15,450 nucleotides of DNA from Candidatus Undinarchaeota archaeon (lineage in GTDB: Archaea; SpSt-1190), in contig CAYVAH010000017.1 of the NCBI GenBank assembly GCA_964449215.1, positions 1 through 15,450 on the forward strand, read 5' to 3'. Below the pieces are notes generated by a model, which was not told the origin of the DNA, did not search any database, and saw only the letters and a program-made list of their open reading frames with translations. Both the position numbers and the translations under genes were made by a program. Numbering within the stretch: position 1 is the first letter of the stretch; the number at the start of each line of letters is the position of its first letter. Shown here piece by piece: positions 1 to 7,783 of this stretch.

Positions 1-6
1 TTCCTT

Positions 7-138
7 CGCTTCGCAAAGGCAAACACCTTCGGCTCGCCTCGTCGCGAAATCGTTGATGCCAACCGGTGCTCGGTCGATCCGCATTAGGGTGCCTCCAGCA
101 CCCCTGCTTTTGCTTCGCTCCGGATCGCTGCGAAAGCG
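7..138. repeat. Structured palindromic element (REP/MITE-like or ncRNA; identity unknown)
   Basis: CGATCCG(75-81)/CGGATCG(121-127) perfect stem enclosing the GGGTGC(87-92)/GCACCC(98-103) hairpin; ACCG(62-65)/CGGT(71-74); near-perfect outer inverted repeat CGCTTCGCA(7-15)/TGCGAAAGCG(129-138); GCTTCGC at 8-14 and 112-118. May extend beyond the window start. Confidence 0.45.
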
Positions 139-173
139 TATTGGTTTTTTAACCCCAGGACGTGGAGCTTCCC

Positions 174-728
174 GTGGACCCCAAACTGGCACAAAAAGTG
201 GAAACCCGCGTGAGCGCACAGGTCAGGTTGTTCCTGGGTGAGCTGCGGGCGGTGGCCCCTGAGAAGGCCCGCGAGGCCGCGAAGAACTGGGAGGACTACA
301 AGCCCGAGCTGCTCAAATGCGAGAGCAAGGAAGAGGTGGCACGGCTGCTGGTCTCATTTTTCGAGCGTTCCTTGCGGGCTGTCAGGGACATTGACGCCGA
401 AGATTTCCACCGCCTGCGATACAACACCGTGGGAAAGATGATGAAGTGCATGTGGGCACTGAATGTGCACAAGAACACCATAAAGGACTATATCAAGCAC
501 CTGCACTCCATAGAGGGCAAACCCCTGGGAAGGGGAATAAGGATGGCTGATGAGGGGTTCGAGAGACCCCGCGAGGTCGTGAAGCCGAAGAAACCCATAA
601 CGGTGGATGAGCTGAAAAGGAGACTGGGAAAGCGGGAGTTCAGGAGGGAGCTGGACTCCGAAATTCTCGCAGCAGGGGCATTCGCAGTGGCCGCACTAAC
701 CCTGTTCCTTGTGAAACTTTTTGGATAG
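174..728 (+). CDS. Hypothetical protein with single C-terminal transmembrane anchor
   Basis: Open frame 162-728, charged and helical-looking, ending ILAAGAFAVAALTLFLVKLFG. GTG174 is preferred over GTG162 because it lies 21 nt after TTTTTTAA (145-152), the spacing seen for other genes. Confidence 0.7.
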   Translation: MDPKLAQKVETRVSAQVRLFLGELRAVAPEKAREAAKNWEDYKPELLKCESKEEVARLLVSFFERSLRAVRDIDAEDFHRLRYNTVGKMMKCMWALNVHKNTIKDYIKHLHSIEGKPLGRGIRMADEGFERPREVVKPKKPITVDELKRRLGKREFRRELDSEILAAGAFAVAALTLFLVKLFG

Positions 729-1259
729 CTCCTCAAAAAGCGCCTGGAAAGCCCTGCGACGGTGGGAAACCTTCATCTTGTACCCGAAATCCTCCGCAAA
801 GGTCCTCGTGTGACCTTCAGGAACGAAAATTGGGTCGTAACCGAAGCCCCTTGAGCCACGAGCCTCCTCCGGGATGGTGCCCCTAACCACGCCGGGCTTC
901 ACCACAAATCGCCCGCCATCATAGTAACAGGCAGCGCACCGGAACTCCGCCCCGCGGTCAGCAACGCCCTTCATCAACTTCAGAATCCCGGAGACACCTA
1001 TTTTCCCGAAGACAAAAGCGGAGAACTCACCCGGAAAACCGTTGAGAGCATCAACGAAGAAACCAGAGTCATCGCAGATCACCGGCCGGCCCACAGCAGC
1101 AAATGCCTTCTCCGCCTTGTCCCTTGCTATTTCCTCGAGGGTGCCGCGGACCTCCCTTATCTCAAAAGGCTTCTGGATGAGGCGGATGCCCATTGAACGG
1201 GCGATCTCCAGGGTCTCCAGGAACTTGTGCCTGTTCCCCGTGACCATGACCAGATTCAT
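696..1259 (-). CDS. rdgB: Non-canonical purine NTP pyrophosphatase (RdgB/HAM1, dITP/XTPase)
   Basis: Motifs VTGNxxK, DDSGFFVDALNGFPG, GFGYDPIF and KxxxSHR; ATGA start/stop overlap with the upstream gene. Confidence 0.95.
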   Translation of the reverse strand: MNLVMVTGNRHKFLETLEIARSMGIRLIQKPFEIREVRGTLEEIARDKAEKAFAAVGRPVICDDSGFFVDALNGFPGEFSAFVFGKIGVSGILKLMKGVADRGAEFRCAACYYDGGRFVVKPGVVRGTIPEEARGSRGFGYDPIFVPEGHTRTFAEDFGYKMKVSHRRRAFQALFEELSKKFHKEQG

Positions 1260-2704
1260 GGCCCCACCGCCCGGAGTATGAGATCAAAGGCATTCACGGC
1301 AGACCTGGGGTCGTAGATGTTCTTGAAGTTAACCTGCTTCCTCTCCGCAACCGGGAGAACCTTGGACTCAAAACCCAGAAGGGTAGCAAAAACAAGCAGG
1401 TAATCCCAGTCAACCCTCGACTCTTTTTCGAGGTTAACCTGACTCCGCGAGAAGTTCCGGTAGGCAAGCCACGCCGCTTTCTCGAGAGCGGCTGCATGGG
1501 TATATCTGCTGAAGGTCATGCACCCAAGACGGAGGGTCAAAACCATCCAGAACAGATTCACCAGTGCAAGGACCACCATCGAGGAACGGAAGTTCACAAG
1601 GTAGGACGGGGAAGCAGCCAGCATCCCCACAGCTATCATCAGGAAAGCGGATTGAAGCAGCAGAACAAAATAGTCCCCGAGCCTGTCATATGTCTCCTCA
1701 ATAAGGTCTTGGGGACAGTCCACCCGGAGTTCCCTGAGCATCCTGCGGAAAGGCCTCCCGAGCTCCTCAACCCTGGCATCAATCCAGTCCCTGTCAAGAA
1801 CAATCTCGCCCTTCCTCGAAAGCCTTGAAAGGAAACTCAAAACCTTCCCGGGGTAACCCTCCGCCCTGTCCGAAATCACACGAAGCTTCTTGCCAACCAC
1901 CTCGATGTACCCGTTCCGGGCGAGGTCTATTATGGTGGCGGATACAACGTTGCTCCAAGGCAGGTCACGGAAGAAAAGGCAGCGAAGCTCGTGGGGCGGC
2001 CTCTGTGAGGGAGGGAACCAGGAATGACCCTGATCCTTCACATCCGGGTTGAGCCCCATCAGCAAGAAGACCAGGAAGGCCATGAAGGACTCGAAAGTCA
2101 CCACGAGGAACAGGTTGCTCCCCCAGTTGGACTCAAGGCGGGACTCAACCCCGAGCCGCCTCTTGGAATCCAAGAAACGCCTGTAGAACTCACCACTGGT
2201 ACGCGGGCCGGAGTAGTAGTTTGGAAGGGAAGCCGAGAGGACTGCTGCCCTGAATTCCCCTCTGGAACCTTCCGCAGGGAAGGTGGCAAAGTCATTTGCT
2301 CCGACCACCTTGAACTCCGCGGGGAGAGTCCTGGGACCTTCGTAGAATTTCGCACTGAAGTAACACATGTCCTCATAGCAGGTGTAGGGGTCCAGAAGGG
2401 TGTATTCAACACCCAGCACAGGTGAACCCTCACACGAAACGGAGTAACTTCCATCATACGATATGAAGGACTGACCGCTGCAGTGCACGCCTGTTATCGA
2501 CATATTTGGCCAGGGAAAACGGCGCTGGCCCCCCTCCGAAAAGACCCAGAACTCGGAAACGTTCACGTGGTCTTCCCCAAATCGAACTTCGATTGACACT
2601 TCATCATGGGGTGGGGTGTAGTGGAGTGCCATGACTGCAAAAACAACGGACAGGACGGTTATGGGAAACAGTATGACCGCAAAAGCTCTCTGCAAATCAT
2701 TCAC
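1256..2704 (-). CDS. DUF2207/YciQ-like membrane protein
   Basis: N-terminal hydrophobic helix, soluble domain, then PPxxxPP...ATIIDLARNGYIEV, two further TM helices and WxAYRNF...WDYLLVFATLLG, typical of DUF2207. Start GTG2704; alternative TTG2695 after AGGTGA. Confidence 0.75.
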   Translation of the reverse strand: MNDLQRAFAVILFPITVLSVVFAVMALHYTPPHDEVSIEVRFGEDHVNVSEFWVFSEGGQRRFPWPNMSITGVHCSGQSFISYDGSYSVSCEGSPVLGVEYTLLDPYTCYEDMCYFSAKFYEGPRTLPAEFKVVGANDFATFPAEGSRGEFRAAVLSASLPNYYSGPRTSGEFYRRFLDSKRRLGVESRLESNWGSNLFLVVTFESFMAFLVFLLMGLNPDVKDQGHSWFPPSQRPPHELRCLFFRDLPWSNVVSATIIDLARNGYIEVVGKKLRVISDRAEGYPGKVLSFLSRLSRKGEIVLDRDWIDARVEELGRPFRRMLRELRVDCPQDLIEETYDRLGDYFVLLLQSAFLMIAVGMLAASPSYLVNFRSSMVVLALVNLFWMVLTLRLGCMTFSRYTHAAALEKAAWLAYRNFSRSQVNLEKESRVDWDYLLVFATLLGFESKVLPVAERKQVNFKNIYDPRSAVNAFDLILRAVGP

Positions 2705-2725
2705 CTGGTGCTATGTTTTCAAAAT

Positions 2726-2941
2726 TTAAATATCCAACTCCAGGAGCTTCCTCCTCGAAGAGTGTCCCCTGACAATCCTCACCTTGCTCGAGGGAATGGA
2801 AAAGAACTCCGCAACGGCCTTCACAACGGCACTGTTCGCCTTCCCTTTCTCCGCCCTCTCCTTCACCCATACCTCCAGGCGCTCACCCTTCACCACCCTG
2901 CTGCTCCCCGCCCCGGGATGGACCCTTACTTCGACCATCAT
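2726..2941 (-). CDS. DUF167/UPF0235 (YggU-like) protein
   Basis: VRVHPGA...V.VKERAEKGKANSAVVKAVAEFF...VRIVRGHSSRRK matches the DUF167 signature; ATGA overlap with the upstream gene. Confidence 0.9.
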   Translation of the reverse strand: MMVEVRVHPGAGSSRVVKGERLEVWVKERAEKGKANSAVVKAVAEFFSIPSSKVRIVRGHSSRRKLLELDI

Positions 2942-3639
2942 AGAACCATCGTCCTTATCACGGAAAGGTCATGCGAGTCCACGGCCAGGAACTCGCCATT
3001 CTCCATCTCAACCCAGCTCTCTCCCAGGGGTTTCGAAGAAACGATGAAGCACTTGTAGAACCCCCCGCGCTGATAATAGTAGAGATTGTTCGTCCCCCTG
3101 TAAACACGCTTGAACACGTAGAGGTAACGGCCATCCGCCATTATGAAGTTCAGGGAAGTCACATGGCGACGCCTGGCCTGTTCGCTTATCTCCTTCACGG
3201 CCTTCCGCAGGCCCATGAAGTTCCCCCATCTCTCCATATTCTGAACCAGAAAGTGAAACAGCAGCTCGGAGTCCGTGTCGCCACGGATTTTCCTGTAGCT
3301 GCCCTTCAGGTAGTCAGCCAGCTCGCTAATATCAACGGTCCCGTTGTGGGCAAACACGTATTTACCGAAACGGAATGGGTGTGTGTTGACCTCCCGGACA
3401 TTGCCCCGGGTCATCCTGCGGAGGTGAGCCAGGATTATCCGGGAGTTCATGCGCTCGGCAGTTGCCACAAACTTGTGGTTCTTCAGGGCGCTTTCCCTGC
3501 TCTTCACAACCTTCAATCTCCCGCCCTCATACCATGCCAGCCCCCAGCCATCCGGGTCGTGGACGGCATAGTGCCTGAAGCTGAACAGCTCCTCCGGAAC
3601 CCGCTCCGGAATAACCACCGCACCAAAGAGCTTGCACAC
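2938..3639 (-). CDS. Class II glutamine amidotransferase (Ntn hydrolase, YafJ/EgtC-like)
   Basis: True start GTG3639 gives M-C-K-L-F-G (Cys2 nucleophile); motifs HDPDGWG, AHLRRMT, NTHPF, FAHNGT and GDTDSE. The ORF-track start at 3681 is too long. Confidence 0.9.
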   Translation of the reverse strand: MCKLFGAVVIPERVPEELFSFRHYAVHDPDGWGLAWYEGGRLKVVKSRESALKNHKFVATAERMNSRIILAHLRRMTRGNVREVNTHPFRFGKYVFAHNGTVDISELADYLKGSYRKIRGDTDSELLFHFLVQNMERWGNFMGLRKAVKEISEQARRRHVTSLNFIMADGRYLYVFKRVYRGTNNLYYYQRGGFYKCFIVSSKPLGESWVEMENGEFLAVDSHDLSVIRTMVL

Positions 3640-3670
3640 ATCAGAAAGGCACAGTTCAAATATTAATTTG

Positions 3671-4432
3671 TTAAGCCTCATTCACGTTAAAGCCGAGATT
3701 CGAGGAGCTGTATCGCCGGAGCCCGATCCGCCAGACCGCCAGCGCAACCACGGGGAACACCATGGAGAGAAGCCAGAGCTTTGGAGCCCACCCTCCGGAA
3801 TAGGCCTGCTGAACCGCGTAAAAGAAGATTGTCCCTCCGGGAATCACATAGTAGAAGAAGAAGCGCAGGGGACCTTGCAGTATCACAACAGGCCACATCC
3901 CCGTGGAAATGAGGAAATGAAGGAGCTGTCGTTGAACTCTCCCGGTAAAGTCCCTCATGAAGAAGTAAAGCGAATTGACAATGACCATGAAGGAGAACGC
4001 GACCACGAAGCTCGCCGGGAGAAACATCAGGAGCCGGAGAGGCGCGCCAAGCAAGGCCAGGAACAGTAAACCCTGGGAGATGTCCCCTATGGATGCAACA
4101 CGGGTGTCGGAAATCGCCACGTTGATCAGAAGATTTCTTGGAACCACCATGAAGCGGTCGAGGTTTCCCTCAACTATATATTGCCAAATCTTGCGGAGAC
4201 CACCAAAAAACAGGAACACCAGGCCATATACCAGAACTGTGTAAGAAAAGACAACCAGATACTGCGCCCGGTTAAAGCCACCGATGCTGCCCGTCCTCGC
4301 AAAAAGAAGTGAAATCACCGCAATCCAGAGGAGATTGTTGAGGAACATCATCGCCGCCTGGAGATAGAAGGATCTCCTGAAGTAGTACTTCGACCGGAGG
4401 TTGAGCCAGAGCTTATCCACCAACCATCTCAT
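3671..4432 (-). CDS. ABC-2 type exporter permease (ABC2_membrane_6/DUF990-like)
   Basis: About 6 TM segments, IVEGNLDRFMVVPRN motif, C-terminal WRIGLRRYSS; in an operon with the ATPase. Confidence 0.88.
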   Translation of the reverse strand: MRWLVDKLWLNLRSKYYFRRSFYLQAAMMFLNNLLWIAVISLLFARTGSIGGFNRAQYLVVFSYTVLVYGLVFLFFGGLRKIWQYIVEGNLDRFMVVPRNLLINVAISDTRVASIGDISQGLLFLALLGAPLRLLMFLPASFVVAFSFMVIVNSLYFFMRDFTGRVQRQLLHFLISTGMWPVVILQGPLRFFFYYVIPGGTIFFYAVQQAYSGGWAPKLWLLSMVFPVVALAVWRIGLRRYSSSNLGFNVNEA

Positions 4433-5120
4433 ATTTTTTCACCCCCTTCTTCTCAACCACGAGAGCCACCACATACAGGAAGGCCACCCAGAGGAGGCCA
4501 ATCAGGAGGTCAATCGGGTTGAACTGCCCCACCATTGCCTTGGCGGGAACATAGGCCATGAACCTGAACGGAAGAACCTTGGACAGGAAGGCCAGCCAGC
4601 CCGGGAAGAATTCCAGAGGCACCACCACACCTGAAAACAGGAATTTTATCTTGTCAACGACGAAGCGGAATGGTTGGGTGTCCCCCACCCAAAAGCTCAG
4701 ATACCCCACTGTGACTGAGAAGGAGTACTCCACCACAAAGGCCAGGAGCGCCAGCGGGAGATACCAAAAATTCGGCATGCCAAAAAGCAGGAACATGGGA
4801 AAGACAAGAAGAAGTGAAAGGAAATAGCCCGTGACCACTCTGCCCATGAAAATGCTGAACAGCTTTGAGTAAAGGGACCCCGGGCGGGTGAGCCAGACAT
4901 CGAGCCTCCCCGTGCGAATCAGCTTGGACACCTCCCAGGACACCCGGGCCCGGTTGAACATCACAAGCTCGGCAACAATCACGTAAAGCATGTAGGAACG
5001 GTCTCCTGTTACTGTGAACCAGAAATACCCGATAAGATAACCAAGAAACGCCATGTGAAGCGAGCGGATTATGGTGGCCTGCCAGTTGGCCAGAGCCTCA
5101 CGGACCCCAATGTATATCAT
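4413..5120 (-). CDS. ABC-2 type exporter permease (ABC2_membrane_6-like)
   Basis: IRTGRLDVWLTRP, FSGVVVPLEFFPGWL...LPFRFMAYVP and C-terminal GVKKYEMVGG; ATGA overlap with the ATPase. Confidence 0.88.
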   Translation of the reverse strand: MIYIGVREALANWQATIIRSLHMAFLGYLIGYFWFTVTGDRSYMLYVIVAELVMFNRARVSWEVSKLIRTGRLDVWLTRPGSLYSKLFSIFMGRVVTGYFLSLLLVFPMFLLFGMPNFWYLPLALLAFVVEYSFSVTVGYLSFWVGDTQPFRFVVDKIKFLFSGVVVPLEFFPGWLAFLSKVLPFRFMAYVPAKAMVGQFNPIDLLIGLLWVAFLYVVALVVEKKGVKKYEMVGG

Positions 5121-5974
5121 TTCATCCCCCTGTACAGATGGACCAGAACGTCCTCTATCGAAGGCAGGCGCACCTCAAAGTCCTTTATACCCTTGCTCGA
5201 AAACAGCTTCAGGGCATCATCAACGCTGGCACCTTCCTTCAGCCGGGTCTTCACCACATACTTGCCACCAAATGGCTCCGAGAGATGCAGAATTATGGTC
5301 CGGTAATTCACTATGGCCTTGAGCTCCTTGGGAGTCCCGTCAAAGACCAGCCGACCGTTCCCCATCACAACTATGCGGCTTGACCTGTCCATGTCCCCAA
5401 TGACGTGGGAGACCAGCACAATCGTCTTGCCCCTCTCGTTCATCAGGGAGAGGTATTGAAGAAAGCTCTCCCTCGCGGCAACATCCAGGCCCATCGTTGG
5501 TTCGTCCAGTATCAGCAGGGACGGGTCGTGAACAAGGGCGGCCATAAGCTCACATTTCATCCTCTGCCCCAGGGAGAGCTCCCTCGGCAACCTGCTGAGC
5601 AAAGGAGAGGCATCAAGCTCCTCAGAAATCCTTTTTATGCGGGAATCCGCGTCCCTGACACCGTAGAGCGAAGCAATATACTTCAGGGAATCTCTGACAG
5701 GGACATAAGGCCAAAGACCACTCTTATTTCCAAACACCACACCAACTTCCTTCAAAAAGGACCTGTCCTTGAAAGGGTCCTTCCCCAGAACCTTCACGCT
5801 TCCCTCATCCGGGGTCACTATTCCGAGAATTGACCTGAGGAGGGTGCTCTTCCCGGAACCGTTCGGCCCGACCACCCCGAGGAACTCTCTTTTTTTCACC
5901 CTGAGGCTCACCCCTTTGAGAACAGAAAAAACACCCATGGTCTTACGGAGACCCTTCACCTCTATGACTGCCAC
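5117..5974 (-). CDS. ABC transporter ATP-binding protein (COG4586-like)
   Basis: Walker A GPNGSGKST, GVVFGNKSGLW, signature LSLGQRMK, Walker B LILDEPT, H-loop VSH. Confidence 0.93.
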   Translation of the reverse strand: MAVIEVKGLRKTMGVFSVLKGVSLRVKKREFLGVVGPNGSGKSTLLRSILGIVTPDEGSVKVLGKDPFKDRSFLKEVGVVFGNKSGLWPYVPVRDSLKYIASLYGVRDADSRIKRISEELDASPLLSRLPRELSLGQRMKCELMAALVHDPSLLILDEPTMGLDVAARESFLQYLSLMNERGKTIVLVSHVIGDMDRSSRIVVMGNGRLVFDGTPKELKAIVNYRTIILHLSEPFGGKYVVKTRLKEGASVDDALKLFSSKGIKDFEVRLPSIEDVLVHLYRGMK

Positions 5975-5995
5975 AAATAGCAGGGCGCAAGGTAG

Positions 5996-6030
5996 TATTA
6001 AACTGGCACGGACACGACAAAGGCTTTTAA
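5996..6030. promoter_or_regulatory. Back-to-back TATA boxes for the ABC operon (-) and the NERD gene (+)
   Basis: TTTAATA on minus (6002-5996), 21 nt before GTG5974; TTTTAA on plus (6025-6030), 20 nt before GTG6051. Confidence 0.65.
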
Positions 6031-6050
6031 GTTTTCATCCACAGCCCGGT

Positions 6051-6659
6051 GTGAGCTACATATCGCGGAATCTCTGGAGGGAGCTGAAACTCGCCGCTCT
6101 GAACCTTCTCATCGCCGTGGGTGTTTTCCTCTACCTGAGATACCTCGGACTGGAACTGTGGAAGGCCCTGCCGGTCGTGCTCCTGATACTTCTCAACATG
6201 AAGACCCATCTTTCACGGGCCATGCGACTGATTTCAGGCGGCTATGGTGAGGAGGAGGTGTTCAGGGAGCTGCGCAAGAGGCTCCGGGGACACTATGTGT
6301 TCAGGAACCTCTACACAGGCAGGGGGGACATAGACATCCTGGTTGTTGGTCCGGGTGGCGTCCATGTGGTGGAAGTGAAGCGATTGAAGGGAACCGTTAT
6401 GGCGGGAAGGGGGAGTGTGAAATACGGGAAAAGAGAGTTACTGGACCAGCTGGAAAGGAATGAGGAGCACGTGAAAAGGCTGCTGCGCAGGGAAGGGCTT
6501 GAAGTGCCGGTAAAGGGGCATCTGGTAGTGCTGGGCAGGGTCAGGGGAAGAAATGAGAAGCTCGTCAGGAGCGTGGGCGAACTCACCAAGAAAATCAAGA
6601 AAGGGGCGGTGCTGGACAGCTTCACGGTCCGGGACGTTGCCTCGCTGTTCTTTCGATAG
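6051..6659 (+). CDS. NERD-domain (PD-(D/E)XK) putative nuclease with N-terminal TM helices
   Basis: Two hydrophobic segments, then GYGEEEV...VFRNL...GDIDILVVGPGGVHVVEVK...Q. Start GTG6051; the ORF-track extension to 5769 overlaps the ABC ATPase antisense and is rejected. Confidence 0.85.
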   Translation: MSYISRNLWRELKLAALNLLIAVGVFLYLRYLGLELWKALPVVLLILLNMKTHLSRAMRLISGGYGEEEVFRELRKRLRGHYVFRNLYTGRGDIDILVVGPGGVHVVEVKRLKGTVMAGRGSVKYGKRELLDQLERNEEHVKRLLRREGLEVPVKGHLVVLGRVRGRNEKLVRSVGELTKKIKKGAVLDSFTVRDVASLFFR

Positions 6660-6687
6660 ATTAATTAAGTCTCCCCCCAAGTCTTCC

Positions 6688-7137
6688 GTGGACAGGCGGG
6701 TGGCGAATCTCTGTTACCTGATCCGTAACGGAAAGCTTTTGCTCATAAGAAAGAAAAGGGGACTCGGAGCCGGAAAGCTGAACGCTCCGGGTGGGAGGGT
6801 TGAGGATGAAAGCCCGGAGGAATCGGCGATACGTGAGGTCAGAGAAGAGGTCGGTGTGGAAGTCAACAGTCTACAGTTCCGCGGGATCCACGAGTTTGTG
6901 AATAACGGTAAGCTCGCCTTACTCTGCTATGTATTTGTCAGCGAGGACTTTGAAGGGGAGCCCAAGGAAACGGAAGAAGCTGAACCGCTGTGGTTTGCCC
7001 TTGAGAAGATACCCTATGAGGAAATGTGGGAGGATGACGCCCTCTGGTTGCCTAAGGTCCTGTCGGGTAAAACGGTGTTTGGAAGGTTTGAGTTTGAGGA
7101 ATGGAAGCTCAAGGAGCACAGGCTCTGGGTGGTGTAG
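6688..7137 (+). CDS. Nudix hydrolase, MTH1/NUDT1-like 8-oxo-dGTP/2-OH-dATP diphosphatase
   Basis: KKRGLGAGKLNAPGG, Nudix box GGRVEDESPEESAIREVREEVGV, and MTH1-type IPYEEMWEDDALWLP. Start GTG6688 is 19 nt after TTAATTAA (6661-6668). Confidence 0.88.
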   Translation: MDRRVANLCYLIRNGKLLLIRKKRGLGAGKLNAPGGRVEDESPEESAIREVREEVGVEVNSLQFRGIHEFVNNGKLALLCYVFVSEDFEGEPKETEEAEPLWFALEKIPYEEMWEDDALWLPKVLSGKTVFGRFEFEEWKLKEHRLWVV

Positions 7138-7154
7138 AGGCACTTCACAGGAGC

Positions 7155-7754
7155 TCATATTATGCCCCTGCGCCTAGGAGTCCGGGAATACTCCGAGGGG
7201 TTGCTCAGGAATTTTTCAATCTCCTCAAAGGCGGATTCGAGAGGTATAACGGTTTTTTCGGCAAGCTTTTTGCGGAGCCTGGGGAGATATTTGGGCACGT
7301 CGTTGAGGAAGCTTTCAGCCCGCTCCTTGCCCTCCTCGGACAGCAGCTTTTTGGTGTACTCCCCAAACTTTCTGACGGCAGGGGCAAAGAAAGGTCTGTA
7401 GCAATAGTTCCCTTCAAAATAGCCACACACCGTGATACCGCCTAGGAACTCCGGCACGGTACTGTGATATTTTCTGGCTATTTCAGGGTCACAGTGGCAG
7501 AGTTCCCGCCTCCATTTTTCAGCTTCGCCCAAAACAGCTTCCATTCTGGTGCCCCCGTACTGCCGATAAAACACAATTTTATCGGCTATCTCGCGACAGG
7601 TTTTATGATGCTTCCCGAGTTCCTCAAGACCGGAAAACCCGCCCTCTTCCACGCTCTTGCCCTTGAGATCCTCCGCGTTTTTCCTGCACCATTCCTCAAA
7701 TTCTTCATAGGGTTTGCCCAGAAAATAATGCTCTTCACTCTCCCGAAGCCACAC
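7155..7754 (-). CDS. Hypothetical protein
   Basis: ~200-codon open frame filling the gap between the Nudix gene and ABCE1; GTG7754 lies 20 nt after TATAAA (7780-7775); alternative start TTG7766. No family recognised. Confidence 0.65.
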   Translation of the reverse strand: MWLRESEEHYFLGKPYEEFEEWCRKNAEDLKGKSVEEGGFSGLEELGKHHKTCREIADKIVFYRQYGGTRMEAVLGEAEKWRRELCHCDPEIARKYHSTVPEFLGGITVCGYFEGNYCYRPFFAPAVRKFGEYTKKLLSEEGKERAESFLNDVPKYLPRLRKKLAEKTVIPLESAFEEIEKFLSNPSEYSRTPRRRGII

Positions 7755-7783
7755 CTCAATTAGCAACTCCCAAGTTTATATTT

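Noticed and set aside
1..140. CRISPR array or tRNA at the left edge
   Set aside because: No regularly spaced direct repeats and no cloverleaf with a T-loop consensus.
2971..3666. 231-aa plus-strand ORF
   Set aside because: Antisense shadow of the well-supported amidotransferase; no recognisable motifs.
5769..6050. N-terminal extension of the NERD ORF (296 aa in track)
   Set aside because: Overlaps the ABC ATPase antisense and crosses the divergent promoter; GTG6051 fits better.
6553..6687. N-terminal extension of the Nudix ORF
   Set aside because: Overlaps the NERD gene; family similarity starts near GTG6688.
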